Shown here in pieces: positions 40,348 through 50,413 of a stretch of DNA of 64,000 nt. The notes beneath the pieces are model-generated. The model was not told the origin of the DNA. It saw only the letters and a program-made list of their open reading frames with translations, and ran no database searches. The position numbers and the translations under genes are program-made. Each line of letters begins with the position of its first letter. The first letter of the stretch is position 1. The DNA is from an uncultured Acidobacteriaceae bacterium (GTDB lineage: Bacteria; Acidobacteriota; Terriglobia; Terriglobales; Acidobacteriaceae), in the NCBI GenBank assembly GCA_963839125.1, contig CAWITV010000009.1, positions 106,272-170,271 on the forward strand. The letters are read 5' to 3'.

Positions 40348-40686
40348 TGCGTTGTTTTTAGAAAAGCTGAAAGTAGTTTATCGGGCATTGTCGTAAACCT
40401 TCTCGATTCAGTAACTAACGGCATTACCAAAGTCATGGAAATCAGGAGATTGGAATGAAGCGCCACAAACGTTCAATTCACCCCTGCTCTTGACGACGGT
40501 GGGGGATTTCCCACTTCGGTACGTCGTGTCTTTTCGCTTGACTCAAAATGAGACGACGCGCTAATGTCCATTTATTCAATAAGTTGTGAATTATCGGAGG
40601 GGCTGCGCTGGCAGAACAAAGTCGAGAAAGAGACTTATCCGAGCTGCCGGTGCCTCTTTCTGACCCTTTTCAGGCTTTGTTACTGA

Positions 40687-43600
40687 CGAATCTCTAACGC
40701 CGCCGCTCGCGGCGCACCGTCTCCAGTTTTAATCCGATTATTCTGTGAAGCCACCCGGCAGTTCTTTCAGGTTGACGGAACTTATTTCTGGCAGGCAGTT
40801 TCCGCGACCGAGATGATCGGAGTTGAAGCTGACGGACCTGATGCGGAACGTTTTCGAGGCATGCGGTTGATTGCCGGCGAAAATGGGATCGCTATCGATG
40901 CGGCGAGACGCCGCGCGACTGTCTTCATTAATGGCGTCGACTCGTCGCAACAGCCATTCGCCCAGCACTTCCCCTGTAAATCGCTGATGGCCGCGCCTCT
41001 GGTTATATCCAACCAAGTCACGGGGATTGCGATTTTTTTACACCAGACAGAGGCGAATTTTTTCAACGATGACATGGCGTCCCAAGCAACCACTCTAGCG
41101 GTACATTTCGCGAGTCTATTAGAAGCGAACCGGGTAGTTGAAAGTACGAGGGAGGAGCATCGCCACGCGGAGATCTTAAAAGAAGTGGCCCAGTCGCTGC
41201 AATCTTTACCAGGCGTTTCCGGAGTAATGGAATCGGTGACCGGACGCCTTCGAATTTTACTTCGTACCCAACTCGTGACGGTGCTGATGCGCCGAGGAAG
41301 GGACTACGATCTTTCGAATATCACGGCGGCGACCCCAGAATTGGCTATGTCAGTGCGTGCGCGCCATGATCGCAAGGGCCTGCACTTCGCCACTGATTTA
41401 GTCAATCAGGCATTGAGCGGCGGTCGAACCATTAGAGTGCGCATTGAACCTGCGACTCATGTTGCTGGGCGATTTGGTCCCTTCAGGAACCATGCTTGTC
41501 GCCCCTTTTCGCACGTCGAGTGGCGAAGGCGCTGTCTTGATTTATCCGCGGCAGAACGATCCCTTTACAGAAGAAGAGGAGTCTCTGGTTTCAACCGTGA
41601 TCGGATTTGGCGCGGTCGCGGTGGCCAACTCTGAATTGTTCACGACGGCACAGGCGCAGGCGCACGAACTGCAACAGTTACTCAACATTTCCGCGGAACT
41701 GGGGTCCTTGGCGAATCTGGATCAATTCATGCGGCAATTTGTATTCCGGGCCAGCGCTTTTCTAGGATTTGAACGCGCCTTTGTCGGACTACAGGAGGAC
41801 GGGCTTTTCCGGATCCGTTGGAAATACAGCGACGGGAAATCTCAACCCACCGACGCAATTTTGCCGGCCGGGATAACCAGCGACACCTTATTGAAAAAGC
41901 AACCATTCTGGACCGACCATCCCAGCCGAGGTGGAGGGCGCGGATCTGGAATTGATTGCGAAATTTAATGTTCGCCAGTTCCTCGCGGTTCCACTGCTGG
42001 GAACTCGGGGAGAGGTCCTCGGCCTCCTGGGTCTTCTTGATCGGATTAATGGCGAAAATATTTCCACAGAAGACGTGCGCCGGGCTAGTGCGCTGGCGAC
42101 ACACGTTGCCGTCGCCCTCGAAGTTACCCGCAACCTGCATCTTTCGGAACAACATCGCGCTCGCGCTGAGTCTTTGATGGGACTCGCGCTGGAATTAAGT
42201 TCCATGATTCGAGCGCCCGAGTTCGGCAAGACTTTTGTAACCCATGCGGCGCAAATGACCGGAGCATCCGCCGGCGCTCTTCTTGTTGAAAAAGAATCGG
42301 GACTTGAGACCGTCGTCTTGCAAAGTCTGGCTGGCGATGATTTACAGGATCCTTCGTTATTGCGAGAGTTTAACGCCGCGATTCTGCGGGCCTTAACTAA
42401 TCATCCCGAATCCATTGTTTCTTCGAATGCTCAGGAAGTTCTGGGTCCGGTAACCGCAGAAACCTTGGGCTGGAGAGAGTGCACATTTGTTCGATTGTTC
42501 GGAACCACGGGGGAACTCGTAGGAGTGCTTTGTCTCGCTAAATCGTCAGCAATTGAGGATCAACAAGTCCTACAGGCGATTGCCGGACAAGCGTCGGTGG
42601 CGTTTGAAAATGCCAGATTTTTTTCGCGCATGGATCGCGCCAATCGTCACTGGATTGAAATTTTTGATTCGATAACGGACTTCATTGTGTCCCACGACGA
42701 GGCGGGAAACGTCCTGCGTGTGAACCGGTCGCTGGCAGAATTCATCGGAGTGCCGCCCCAAGAATTGATCGGGGTAAACATGTCCGCACTTTTGGCCACG
42801 GGCAGCGAAACTCCATCCCGGTCCTGCCCTTTCTGCCGAAGTACCGGGGAGGGCGCTGGTGAATATGTTCACCCCGTGCTGGAGCGAATCTTTCTCGTCT
42901 CGACCTCCTTGGTTCATGGCGCCAGTAGCGAAGTGCTGCAAACCATTCATGTGCTCAAGGACATCACTGACCGCCGTGAAGCGGAACGTCGCTATCGCGA
43001 ATTATTCGACAACATTCAGGAAGGCCTGTTCTTCTCCACTCCAGACGGACGCTTCGTCGAAGTGAACGATGCGTTGGTCCGAATGCTCGGCTACGGCACG
43101 CGTGAAGAGCTTCTGCAAGCCGACGTGCGCAATCAGGTCTATTTTTCTCCGCAGCACCTGACGGAACTTACCGAATTGATTGAGCGGCAGGGATTATTGA
43201 GGAATCACGAACAGACCCTTCGCCGAAAAGATGGAACCCCGGTGCATGTGTTGACCAATGCGTTTGCGGTACGGGACGCGCAGGACCGAATGCTGCAATA
43301 TCGAGGTCTGATGCTCGATATCAGCGGTCGCAAAAACGTTTCAATCGGAACTGCAAAGAGAGCGCGATTTTTCCGACAAAATTCTCAACAACACGCAAAG
43401 CCTCATCCTGGTCACCGACACCAACGGTCTGGTCAGCTATGCCAACCGTCGCTGGTTTGATATGGGTTACGAGCAGAAACAGGTATTGCACGCCCCACTC
43501 GAGGACTTGGTGCTGGCTTCGCGGCGGGAAGTTTTGAACGAGGCCTTCAAGGCGATTATTTCCGGAAAGCAAGTGGACAACCTCGACTTGCAGATTTTAC

Positions 43601-44451
43601 GCGGAGATGGTCGCGTAGGACATTTCTCCGTCAATCTCAGTCCCATGCGCGATGACCGCGGTCAAATTACCAGCGTGGTCGTAGTAATGAGCGATATTAC
43701 CGACGCCGCCACTCTGCAATCGAAGTTAATGCACGCGGAAAAAATGGCCGCCGTTGGACAATTGGTTTCGGGTGTCGCCCATGAGGTTAACAATCCGTTA
43801 ACTGCAATTCTCGGGTTCGCCGACTTGCTGATGGAAAACCAGGCGGTGCCAGAAAGCGCGCGGAAAGATCTGCGAGTGATTTTGCAAGAGGCCCAGCGGA
43901 CCAAGCAAATCGTTCAGAATTTGCTGAGTTTCGCACGCCAAATGCCGCCTCAACGCAAGCCCGTTCAACTCAACGTGATCCTTCGCCGCACAGTGCAATT
44001 GCGGTCCTATGATTTTCATAGTCGCGGCGTGGAAGTCATTGAGCAATTGGATCCGGACTTGCCGCCCGTCGTCGGAGATGCGCACCAGCTACAGCAAGTC
44101 TTTCTCAATATTGTCAACAACGCATATGACGCGGTAAGGGAATCGGCGCGTCCAGCACATATCCAGATCGCAACGACCCGGCAAGGGAATTTGGTCGAAG
44201 TAACTTTCGCTGACAACGGTCCTGGCATTTCTTTCCCCGATCGGATATTCGACCCTTTTTTTACCACCAAAGAAATTGGAAAGGGCACTGGTTTAGGTTT
44301 GAGCATTTGCTATGGCATCGTTCGTGAGCATGGTGGAGAAATATTTTGTTACAACAACAGCGGCCGCGAGGGCGCAACGTTCGTAGTGCGTCTTCCTGTG
44401 GCCACGGAAGTCGCATCAATCGGTGCGGCTGCAGGAGTAAACCAACAATGA
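40687..44451 (+). pseudogene. Large cytoplasmic multi-GAF/PAS sensor histidine kinase, split into four or more frames (shifts near 41460, 41930 and the A5 run at 43332-43336; N-terminus unresolved)
   Basis: The pieces 40813-41634, 41444-41968, 41931-43460 and 43462-44451 join sensibly. They give GAF-like blocks, PAS blocks (DITDRREAERRYRELFDNIQEGLFF), H-box HEVNNPLTAI, and N/G1/G2 boxes. The first frame stays open back to 40687 with no ATG. Confidence 0.85.
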
Positions 44452-44849
44452 CAAGTCCAGCGATTAAATCGGCTGCGTTGCCGGTCCTTCTAATTGAGGA
44501 TGAACCGGCCGTAATGAGTTATGTACAAGCTGTATTGGAGCGCAATGGATACTCGGTGGTATGTAGTCACTCCGGCGCCGAAGGTGTGCGGCTCCTCGAG
44601 TCTGGAGAATTCTTAGGTGTTGTGTCCGACATGCGAACCCCCGGCGGAGTCGATGGAGCCGACGTTCATGCCTGGCTCACTCGACATCGTCCTGAACTGG
44701 CTACCCGCCTGGTCTTCATAACCGGTGACATCGCCAACGAGGAAACGGTTGCCACGCTGCGAAAGACCGGAGCGCCATGCGTCGAGAAACCCTTCCGGGT
44801 ACAGCAGTTCATTTCCGTCGTAGAGAAAACCATGGGGAAGGCGTTGTGA
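44448..44849 (+). CDS. Single-domain response regulator (REC only)
   Basis: VLLIEDEP...VVSDMRTPG...ITG..., with K in EKPF. Its ATG overlaps the kinase stop (ATGA). Confidence 0.85.
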   Translation: MTSPAIKSAALPVLLIEDEPAVMSYVQAVLERNGYSVVCSHSGAEGVRLLESGEFLGVVSDMRTPGGVDGADVHAWLTRHRPELATRLVFITGDIANEETVATLRKTGAPCVEKPFRVQQFISVVEKTMGKAL

Positions 44850-46267
44850 TCAAGGATCTGGAAATCCGTCTTCTGGTAGTTGACGACGAGGAAAGCATAC
44901 GCAAGTTATGCGTCGCAATAGGAGAAGGCTTGGGGTTCGCTTGCATGGAAGCCTCCAGCGGAGAAGCCGCATTAGCTCTCCTGGAAGAACGGCCCGCGCA
45001 CTTGATCCTTACCGATCTGGTGATGCCGAATATGTCTGGACTTAAATTTCTGGAAGCGGTGAAAAAACTTCTTCCTCTATCGGAAGTCGCTGTCATGACC
45101 GGGCACAGTTCGGTTGAAACCGCGGTGCAGGCAATGAAGTTGGGAGCTTACGACTACATCAGCAAGCCTTTTTCGCCATTAGAGGAACTTCGACTCTTCC
45201 TGCGGCGTATGGCCGAAAAAGTTCGCCTGGTCGAAGAAAACCAATTCCTGCGAGAGCGCGTGGACACTGAAACCGGGCTGCACGGAATCGTTGGGTCGTC
45301 AGCAAAAATTCAAGATGTGCTGCGCATGATTTCCCGATTAAAGGACACGCGGACCCCGGTTCTCATCACTGGAGAAAGTGGCACCGGCAAAGAGCTTGTT
45401 GCCCGTGCAATTCATTTTCGGGGATCGTTTGCCAGTCGTCCCTTCGTAGCGGTGGATTGCGGATCACTGGTGCCCACTCTAATTGAAAGTGAATTATTCG
45501 GTTATGAAAAGGGCGCTTTTACGGGCGCAAACCGCTCCAAATCTGGATTGTTTCAGGCAGCCGATGGCGGGACGATTTTTCTCGATGAAATTGGAGAGCT
45601 TCCGCAGGAGTTGCAGGCCAAGTTGCTACGTGCGCTCCAGGAGAAAGAGATCCGGCCGGTTGGCAGTAATCAAAGAATTAAAATCGACGTCCGCGTAATC
45701 GCCGCCAGCAATCGTGATTTAGAAAAGGCATATAAGAGTGGCACATTTCGCAAGGACTTATATTTTCGACTCAACGTCGTCACGGTTCACTTGCCATCCT
45801 TGCGCGAACGGCGATCCGATATCCCCATGCTGCTGCAATGGTTCCTCGATCACAAACGAGGCGATGCGGCTGTTCAAATATCGAGCGCCGCCATGAGATA
45901 CCTAATGCAGTACGACTGGCCGGGAAACGTTCGCGAGTTGGAGAACTGCATCGAACGCGCCGTAGCATTAGGGGACGGAGGAATTCTTGATGTGGGCGAT
46001 CTGCCTCCTTCGGTGTTGGCAGCCTCTTCATCCCTGGATAACTCGCCATTTCCCTCTTCCAGTCCATCTTCATCTTCTTTATCCACGACCGACCTGGAAG
46101 ATATTGAGCGGGCTACGATTGAGAGAGTGTTTGAGCAGGTCAAGGGAGACAAAGTCTTAGCCGGAAAGATGCTGGGAATAAGTCGCGCTACCCTTTATCG
46201 GAAGCTGAAACGCTATAACATAGGAATGCAATCCGGCATTTCCTCGCTAAGCCAAGCTCTACAATAA
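44846..46267 (+). CDS. NtrC-family sigma-54-dependent transcriptional activator (REC-AAA+-Fis HTH)
   Basis: The GTG overlaps the upstream stop (GTGA). Walker A GESGTGKE, GAFTGA motif, an R-finger region, a Ser-rich linker, and HTH LGISRATLYRKLKRY. Confidence 0.93.
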   Translation: MIKDLEIRLLVVDDEESIRKLCVAIGEGLGFACMEASSGEAALALLEERPAHLILTDLVMPNMSGLKFLEAVKKLLPLSEVAVMTGHSSVETAVQAMKLGAYDYISKPFSPLEELRLFLRRMAEKVRLVEENQFLRERVDTETGLHGIVGSSAKIQDVLRMISRLKDTRTPVLITGESGTGKELVARAIHFRGSFASRPFVAVDCGSLVPTLIESELFGYEKGAFTGANRSKSGLFQAADGGTIFLDEIGELPQELQAKLLRALQEKEIRPVGSNQRIKIDVRVIAASNRDLEKAYKSGTFRKDLYFRLNVVTVHLPSLRERRSDIPMLLQWFLDHKRGDAAVQISSAAMRYLMQYDWPGNVRELENCIERAVALGDGGILDVGDLPPSVLAASSSLDNSPFPSSSPSSSSLSTTDLEDIERATIERVFEQVKGDKVLAGKMLGISRATLYRKLKRYNIGMQSGISSLSQALQ

Positions 46268-46297
46268 TTAAGGAAGAGATTGTTACCCGTCTCTTTT

Positions 46298-46309
46298 TGA
46301 AACGTTTCA
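46298..46309. promoter_or_regulatory. Perfect 12-bp palindrome TGAAACGTTTCA, candidate activator-binding site (UAS)
   Basis: Read directly. It lies about 90 bp upstream of the -24 element, in the position typical of bEBP sites. Confidence 0.35.
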
Positions 46310-46387
46310 TTGTGAGACCCAGGGGACGACCCCGCCACTCAGAAAGAAAGTATCCTTACGAATCAAAATCTTACGCATGACAAGGCG

Positions 46388-46403
46388 TGGCAGAAGACGT
46401 GCA
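46388..46403 (+). promoter_or_regulatory. Sigma-54 (-24/-12) promoter TGGCAGAAGACGTGCA
   Basis: The GG and GC dinucleotides are spaced exactly as in TGGCAC-N5-TTGCA. It lies ~105 bp upstream of the ATG at 46507, next to an EBP gene. An IHF-like AATCAAAATCTTA sits at 46361-46373. Confidence 0.6.
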
Positions 46404-46506
46404 TGTCATCTCGGTGCGGTTCGAGCCTGAAGTCCAGCTAACCGGCAGACTTTAGACTCAGGACCGCCTTCATGCTTTTGATCGACAGCACAAACGAACT
46501 CAACCC

Positions 46507-47559
46507 ATGACAACGGAACCCGAAAATACACATCGCGCGACTGAAGCTGCGGTGGAATGGGAACAGTTGCGGACCCTTTATCCGCTCTATTGTTCTTTGG
46601 CCAGGGAGTGCGTTATCGACCATTCTCCGCGCCCAATTCTCGAATCTCGATTCGAGGAGGCGGGTGAAGAATCATTGGATGCGGCGAGACAATGGTTCTC
46701 GGTGATGGACGAACGCATTCAGGTTCATCAACTGAGGCATTTCCTTCAGACCACGGCGCTAGCTAATCAAGTTTCTTTGCTGACGTTGCTGAGGCATCAC
46801 TTACGAAACAAGCCCGGCGACATTTCGAATCGCGACAAAATCGACTTTCTGCTGGTGCAATTCTTCTCGCATTGTGTGCCGGCCAATATGCCGGACAATG
46901 AGCTTGATATGCCTTACGTGATGAACGTCCTGGAGCCTGTATTGGGGCCAATTGATGCCGGAGATCCCGAATTCTTCAGCGGACTGGAAAAGCTGTCGGC
47001 GAAGGCGGAGAGCTGCCAAAGCTTAAAAGACCTGTTTACCAGCCGCATTATCGAGCAGGGAAGAACCTTAAAGGCCGTCTGTGGCAACGACTATTTTCTT
47101 CCCAGTACGCTTGCGGGTTTCACTCGATTGGGCTTTATTTTGCGACGAACTTTCTTCCGGCTGATGCACCAGGATCTCACTGCAATTCTGGATGGATTGC
47201 GCGAACTGGAGCGGCGTGGCGTGGATACGTTGGATTGCCGAAAAGCGCAATTTTCAGCTTACGAACCCATCAGTCGCCTGCGCATGATCTGCCAGTCCTG
47301 GAAAGTAATGTTTCATGCCGAGTATTCTGCGGGACAGCCACTATGTATCCTGGTCGATCTTCGCACGGTGGTAGATTCTGTCCTGGCCAAAACCGAAAAA
47401 TCTACTAATGCCCTAAAAGCCATGGCGGCATCAGCTGGCGCAGGTCCCGGGAGTGCCGGACAAACCTCAATTGAGGTGTCGAACGACTCTAGCGACAATA
47501 ATCGCGAGTTCCCGCCAGATGATCATTCGACCAGTGATGACGAAGCGGACCGCGATTAA
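46507..47559 (+). CDS. Hypothetical protein (350 aa), predicted helical, acidic Ser/Asp-rich tail, no recognisable domain
   Basis: Long clean ORF downstream of the sigma-54 promoter. No motif recognised. Confidence 0.6.
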   Translation: MTTEPENTHRATEAAVEWEQLRTLYPLYCSLARECVIDHSPRPILESRFEEAGEESLDAARQWFSVMDERIQVHQLRHFLQTTALANQVSLLTLLRHHLRNKPGDISNRDKIDFLLVQFFSHCVPANMPDNELDMPYVMNVLEPVLGPIDAGDPEFFSGLEKLSAKAESCQSLKDLFTSRIIEQGRTLKAVCGNDYFLPSTLAGFTRLGFILRRTFFRLMHQDLTAILDGLRELERRGVDTLDCRKAQFSAYEPISRLRMICQSWKVMFHAEYSAGQPLCILVDLRTVVDSVLAKTEKSTNALKAMAASAGAGPGSAGQTSIEVSNDSSDNNREFPPDDHSTSDDEADRD

Positions 47560-47596
47560 ACTGAATGCCACTGAATAAAGTAAGGTAAGAAGACTT

Positions 47597-47857
47597 GTGG
47601 GAGCGAGCCGCTTGGATCAATCCACTGTTCTGATTATTTCCGATGAAACAGAGTTCTCCCAAGCCATCACCAGACGATGGCGCTCGGAACGCGATGCGCC
47701 TCTGTTTATTTTGAAAACTAGCACTGCGTGTGAAGGACTGACTCCGGAATGTTTCCATCTCGCTATTCTCGGCGGACTGTCGCCGGCCGTTCTGCCAAGT
47801 GTGATTCGGTCTTTAGAAGTTTGTAGTAAACCCGTGTTTTTCGTGAAAGAAAACTAA
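47597..47857 (+). CDS. Receiver-like (pseudo-receiver) small protein, possibly the N-terminal half of the next ORF
   Basis: VLIISDE / HLAILGG / KPVFFV mimic REC beta1/beta3/beta4, but the phospho-acceptor Asp position is Gly. Confidence 0.4.
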   Translation: MGASRLDQSTVLIISDETEFSQAITRRWRSERDAPLFILKTSTACEGLTPECFHLAILGGLSPAVLPSVIRSLEVCSKPVFFVKEN

Positions 47858-47933
47858 CCAGCCTGGCCCTCCGGCGTCTCCTGAAGAGTTTCGCCTGGGC
47901 GTACTTGCACAAACTGAGAATTGGCTGGAGTCG

Positions 47934-48272
47934 TTGATGCTAGTAGGAGGGGAATGTTTGCGAGCTTCTCGGGCATTGGCAAGAATTCAGAAGCTCGAAC
48001 GTGACGCTGCTCTGGGACGGTTCATGCTCGACAGCCGCCACGGCCTCAACAACGCCCTGACTTCGGTCTTGGGTAATTCGGAATTGTTACTGCTGACGCC
48101 CGAGGATTTGTCTCCTCGAATTGGCTCCCAGATTGAAACCATCCGCAACATGTCACTCCGCATCCACGAAATCATGCAAAGGTTTTCTTCGCTGGAAAAA
48201 GAAATGAATATCGCGGAGCAACAATCAGTTAGGGATGACATCGGCAAAGCCCGGGCCGCCACGGCTCTCTAG
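47934..48272 (+). CDS. DHp (HisKA)-only protein with no ATPase domain
   Basis: H-box-like RFMLDSRHGLNNALTSVLGNSELLL, followed by a second helix. The frame is open upstream to 47847, just inside the previous ORF's end. Confidence 0.5.
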   Translation: MMLVGGECLRASRALARIQKLERDAALGRFMLDSRHGLNNALTSVLGNSELLLLTPEDLSPRIGSQIETIRNMSLRIHEIMQRFSSLEKEMNIAEQQSVRDDIGKARAATAL

Positions 48273-48296
48273 GCTCGCGGATCCTATCTGTTCCCG

Positions 48297-49494
48297 TCAC
48301 CGGCTTCTGAGAACAAGTACAGCGCCAAGCAGGAACAGAACGCCGGAAAGCCCGAAGGCAAGTGACGGGGACGACCCACTCCACAGAAGTCCCACTACAA
48401 AACTTGAGGCGAAGTCTCCGACGGCGTTTACCGCAGCCAAGGTTCCGAACGCCATGCCGTGCTGTTGTTGTGGCACGAGTTCGGCCGCGAGAGAGTCTTC
48501 GAGGGATTCCTCGACACCAACCACGATTCCAGCCAGCGCGAAAATCACTGCCAGTAATGCGACGCTCTTAGGGCCAGATACAAGAAGGACAGCCATCGCC
48601 ACCGCCAACCCATAACCCGCAGCCAGGACGACCCGCCGTTGCGGAACATGGTCTGAAAGCCATCCACCAAGATAAGCAGAGGCAGCATAGAAAATATTAT
48701 GCAGAAGATAAAGTCCGACAGCGATGCTGGCCGCGGCCGCTTTTCCATGGGATGGAGCCAATATTTGCATCGCAAACAGAATCAGAAGCGTATGAGAAAA
48801 ATCACCAAGACCGAAGATTCCGACCGCAACGAGGAGCTTTCGAAAAGATGGCGGTAGTTGGCGAACCCCGGACCAGAATGATCCCTCGGCGGGCTTGGTG
48901 TTCGGTTTCTCGCGGACTAGCAGTCCAAACGTCAATGCGGCCAGGAGTCCGGGCAGTAGAGTCCATGCCAATACCCGGTGATAATTATGCGAAGTGAGAT
49001 GAAGAAGCCACAAGGCCGTTATCGGCGCGAGAATGGCACCCAGCGTGTCCATCATGCGTTCGAAACCGAAGGCGCGTCCGTAGGCTTCCGGCGGAACTCC
49101 GGCGGCCAGTAAAGCTTTACGTCCTGGGGTGCGAATGCCTCGGGCAAGCCACGCGGTAGTGCGCGCGAACAAAACGAACCAGGCGTTGGTCGCAAGCGCC
49201 AGCGCACCCGTAGCCAGTGCCGTAATAATGTAGCCGCCCTCCACCAGCGGCTTCTTATGCTTCAAGGCGATCGGTATAGTGGCCTGCGGCGAGTTTCGAA
49301 ATGCTGGAAAGACCGTCCGCGGTTCCCTCAATCACTCCCAACCATCCTGCCCCCGCGCCAAGCGCCGCGAGAAAAGCAGGGAAAATAGTTGTTGCGATTT
49401 CGTGGCTCCAGTCGCTGAACAGACTGGCGAGTCCAATTCCCAGCGTGGTGCGGTTCAGCCAGGGAGCGCGCGCGGAGGAATATTCTGAGTTCAT
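48297..49494 (-). pseudogene. MFS transporter, one frame disruption near 49260-49330
   Basis: The N-terminal piece 49255-49494 (…GLASLFSDWSHEI…) and the 12-TM-like remainder 48297-49331 join at ...HYTDRL / HKKPLVEGG. Confidence 0.8.
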
Positions 49495-49591
49495 TGGGGA
49501 GTTTTTAGCACGGATTGCTGAGGCTCGCAGTATGCAGGAGTTGCCGGAGGCGCGAGGATACCGATAAATTCCTAGGATGTTTAAGAAAAAA

Positions 49592-49668
49592 TGGTAGGCA
49601 CGAGGAGACTCGAACTCCTGACCTCTACCGTGTCAAGGTAGCGCTCTAACCAACTGAGCTACGCGCCT
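49592..49668 (-). tRNA. tRNA-Val (anticodon GAC), CCA encoded
   Basis: Hand-folded cloverleaf: AGGCGCG/CGTGCCT acceptor, GCTC/GAGC D stem, CTACC-TTGACAC-GGTAG anticodon arm, AGGAG-TTCGAGT-CTCCT T arm, A73, CCA, then T6. Confidence 0.93.
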
Positions 49669-49772
49669 ACAATCACGTTCATTGTACTGGGGCTTTCAAG
49701 TCTAGGGCAATCTTGATCGTCACTCCGCGGACAATTGCCAACCGCCTCCTTGGCGGCGACAATTGAACCGCC

Positions 49773-50360
49773 GTGAAGTTCTCCCAGCTTTTTACCGCTC
49801 CCAACCAACTCACGCTGTTGCGGATGGTGTTTCTGCCATTCATCGTAATCAGATTGGTGGAGGGACATTACGTCTGGGCCCTGATCTTATTCGTGCTCGC
49901 AGGATTCAGCGATGGGCTTGATGGCCTTCTGGCGCGCACCCTGAATCAGCAGACGCTGCTAGGACAATATCTCGATCCAATTGCCGACAAGCTTCTGTTG
50001 AGCACGATGTTTCTAGTGCTTTCGATTCTCCAGAAAGTGCCATGGAAATTTACCGTGCTGGTTTTCAGCCGCGATGTTTCCATCCTATTCGCCAGCGCTG
50101 TGCTGTTCGCTATTGCCGGACTACGCGATTTCCGTCCGAGTATTTTCGGGAAAGCAAATACTTTCGCGCAAGTGGCCGCGATCTTTTTTGTAATGTTATT
50201 AGAGGTGGACAAGACGCGGTGGATTTGGATCGCCCGCATGACGTTTCTACGCGCGACATTCGCTTTCACCATCATTTCGGCTCTGCACTACATTTTGCTG
50301 GTTGGACAGAGGATTCGCGGCAATTCCGAAAGTTACCCCGCCGCTGCTGGAAATGTTTGA
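49773..50360 (+). CDS. pgsA: CDP-alcohol phosphatidyltransferase (PgsA-like)
   Basis: DGLDGLLAR...G..LDPIADK signature, ~195 aa, multi-TM. Confidence 0.85.
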   Translation: MKFSQLFTAPNQLTLLRMVFLPFIVIRLVEGHYVWALILFVLAGFSDGLDGLLARTLNQQTLLGQYLDPIADKLLLSTMFLVLSILQKVPWKFTVLVFSRDVSILFASAVLFAIAGLRDFRPSIFGKANTFAQVAAIFFVMLLEVDKTRWIWIARMTFLRATFAFTIISALHYILLVGQRIRGNSESYPAAAGNV

Positions 50361-50413
50361 CCGGGTTTCACGCGCCCCCTAGAATTGCAGTTCTGCTTCC
50401 GGCCTGACTGATT

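Noticed and set aside
46298-46309. The TGAAACGTTTCA palindrome as a third parS.
   Set aside because: The half-sites are in the opposite arrangement to parS (TGTTNCACGTGNAACA). It is better explained as a regulator-binding palindrome.
49592-49668. tRNA-Val as an integration hotspot for a genomic island.
   Set aside because: There is no integrase and no direct repeat of the tRNA 3' end. The flanking genes (MFS, pgsA, cysS) are ordinary chromosomal genes.
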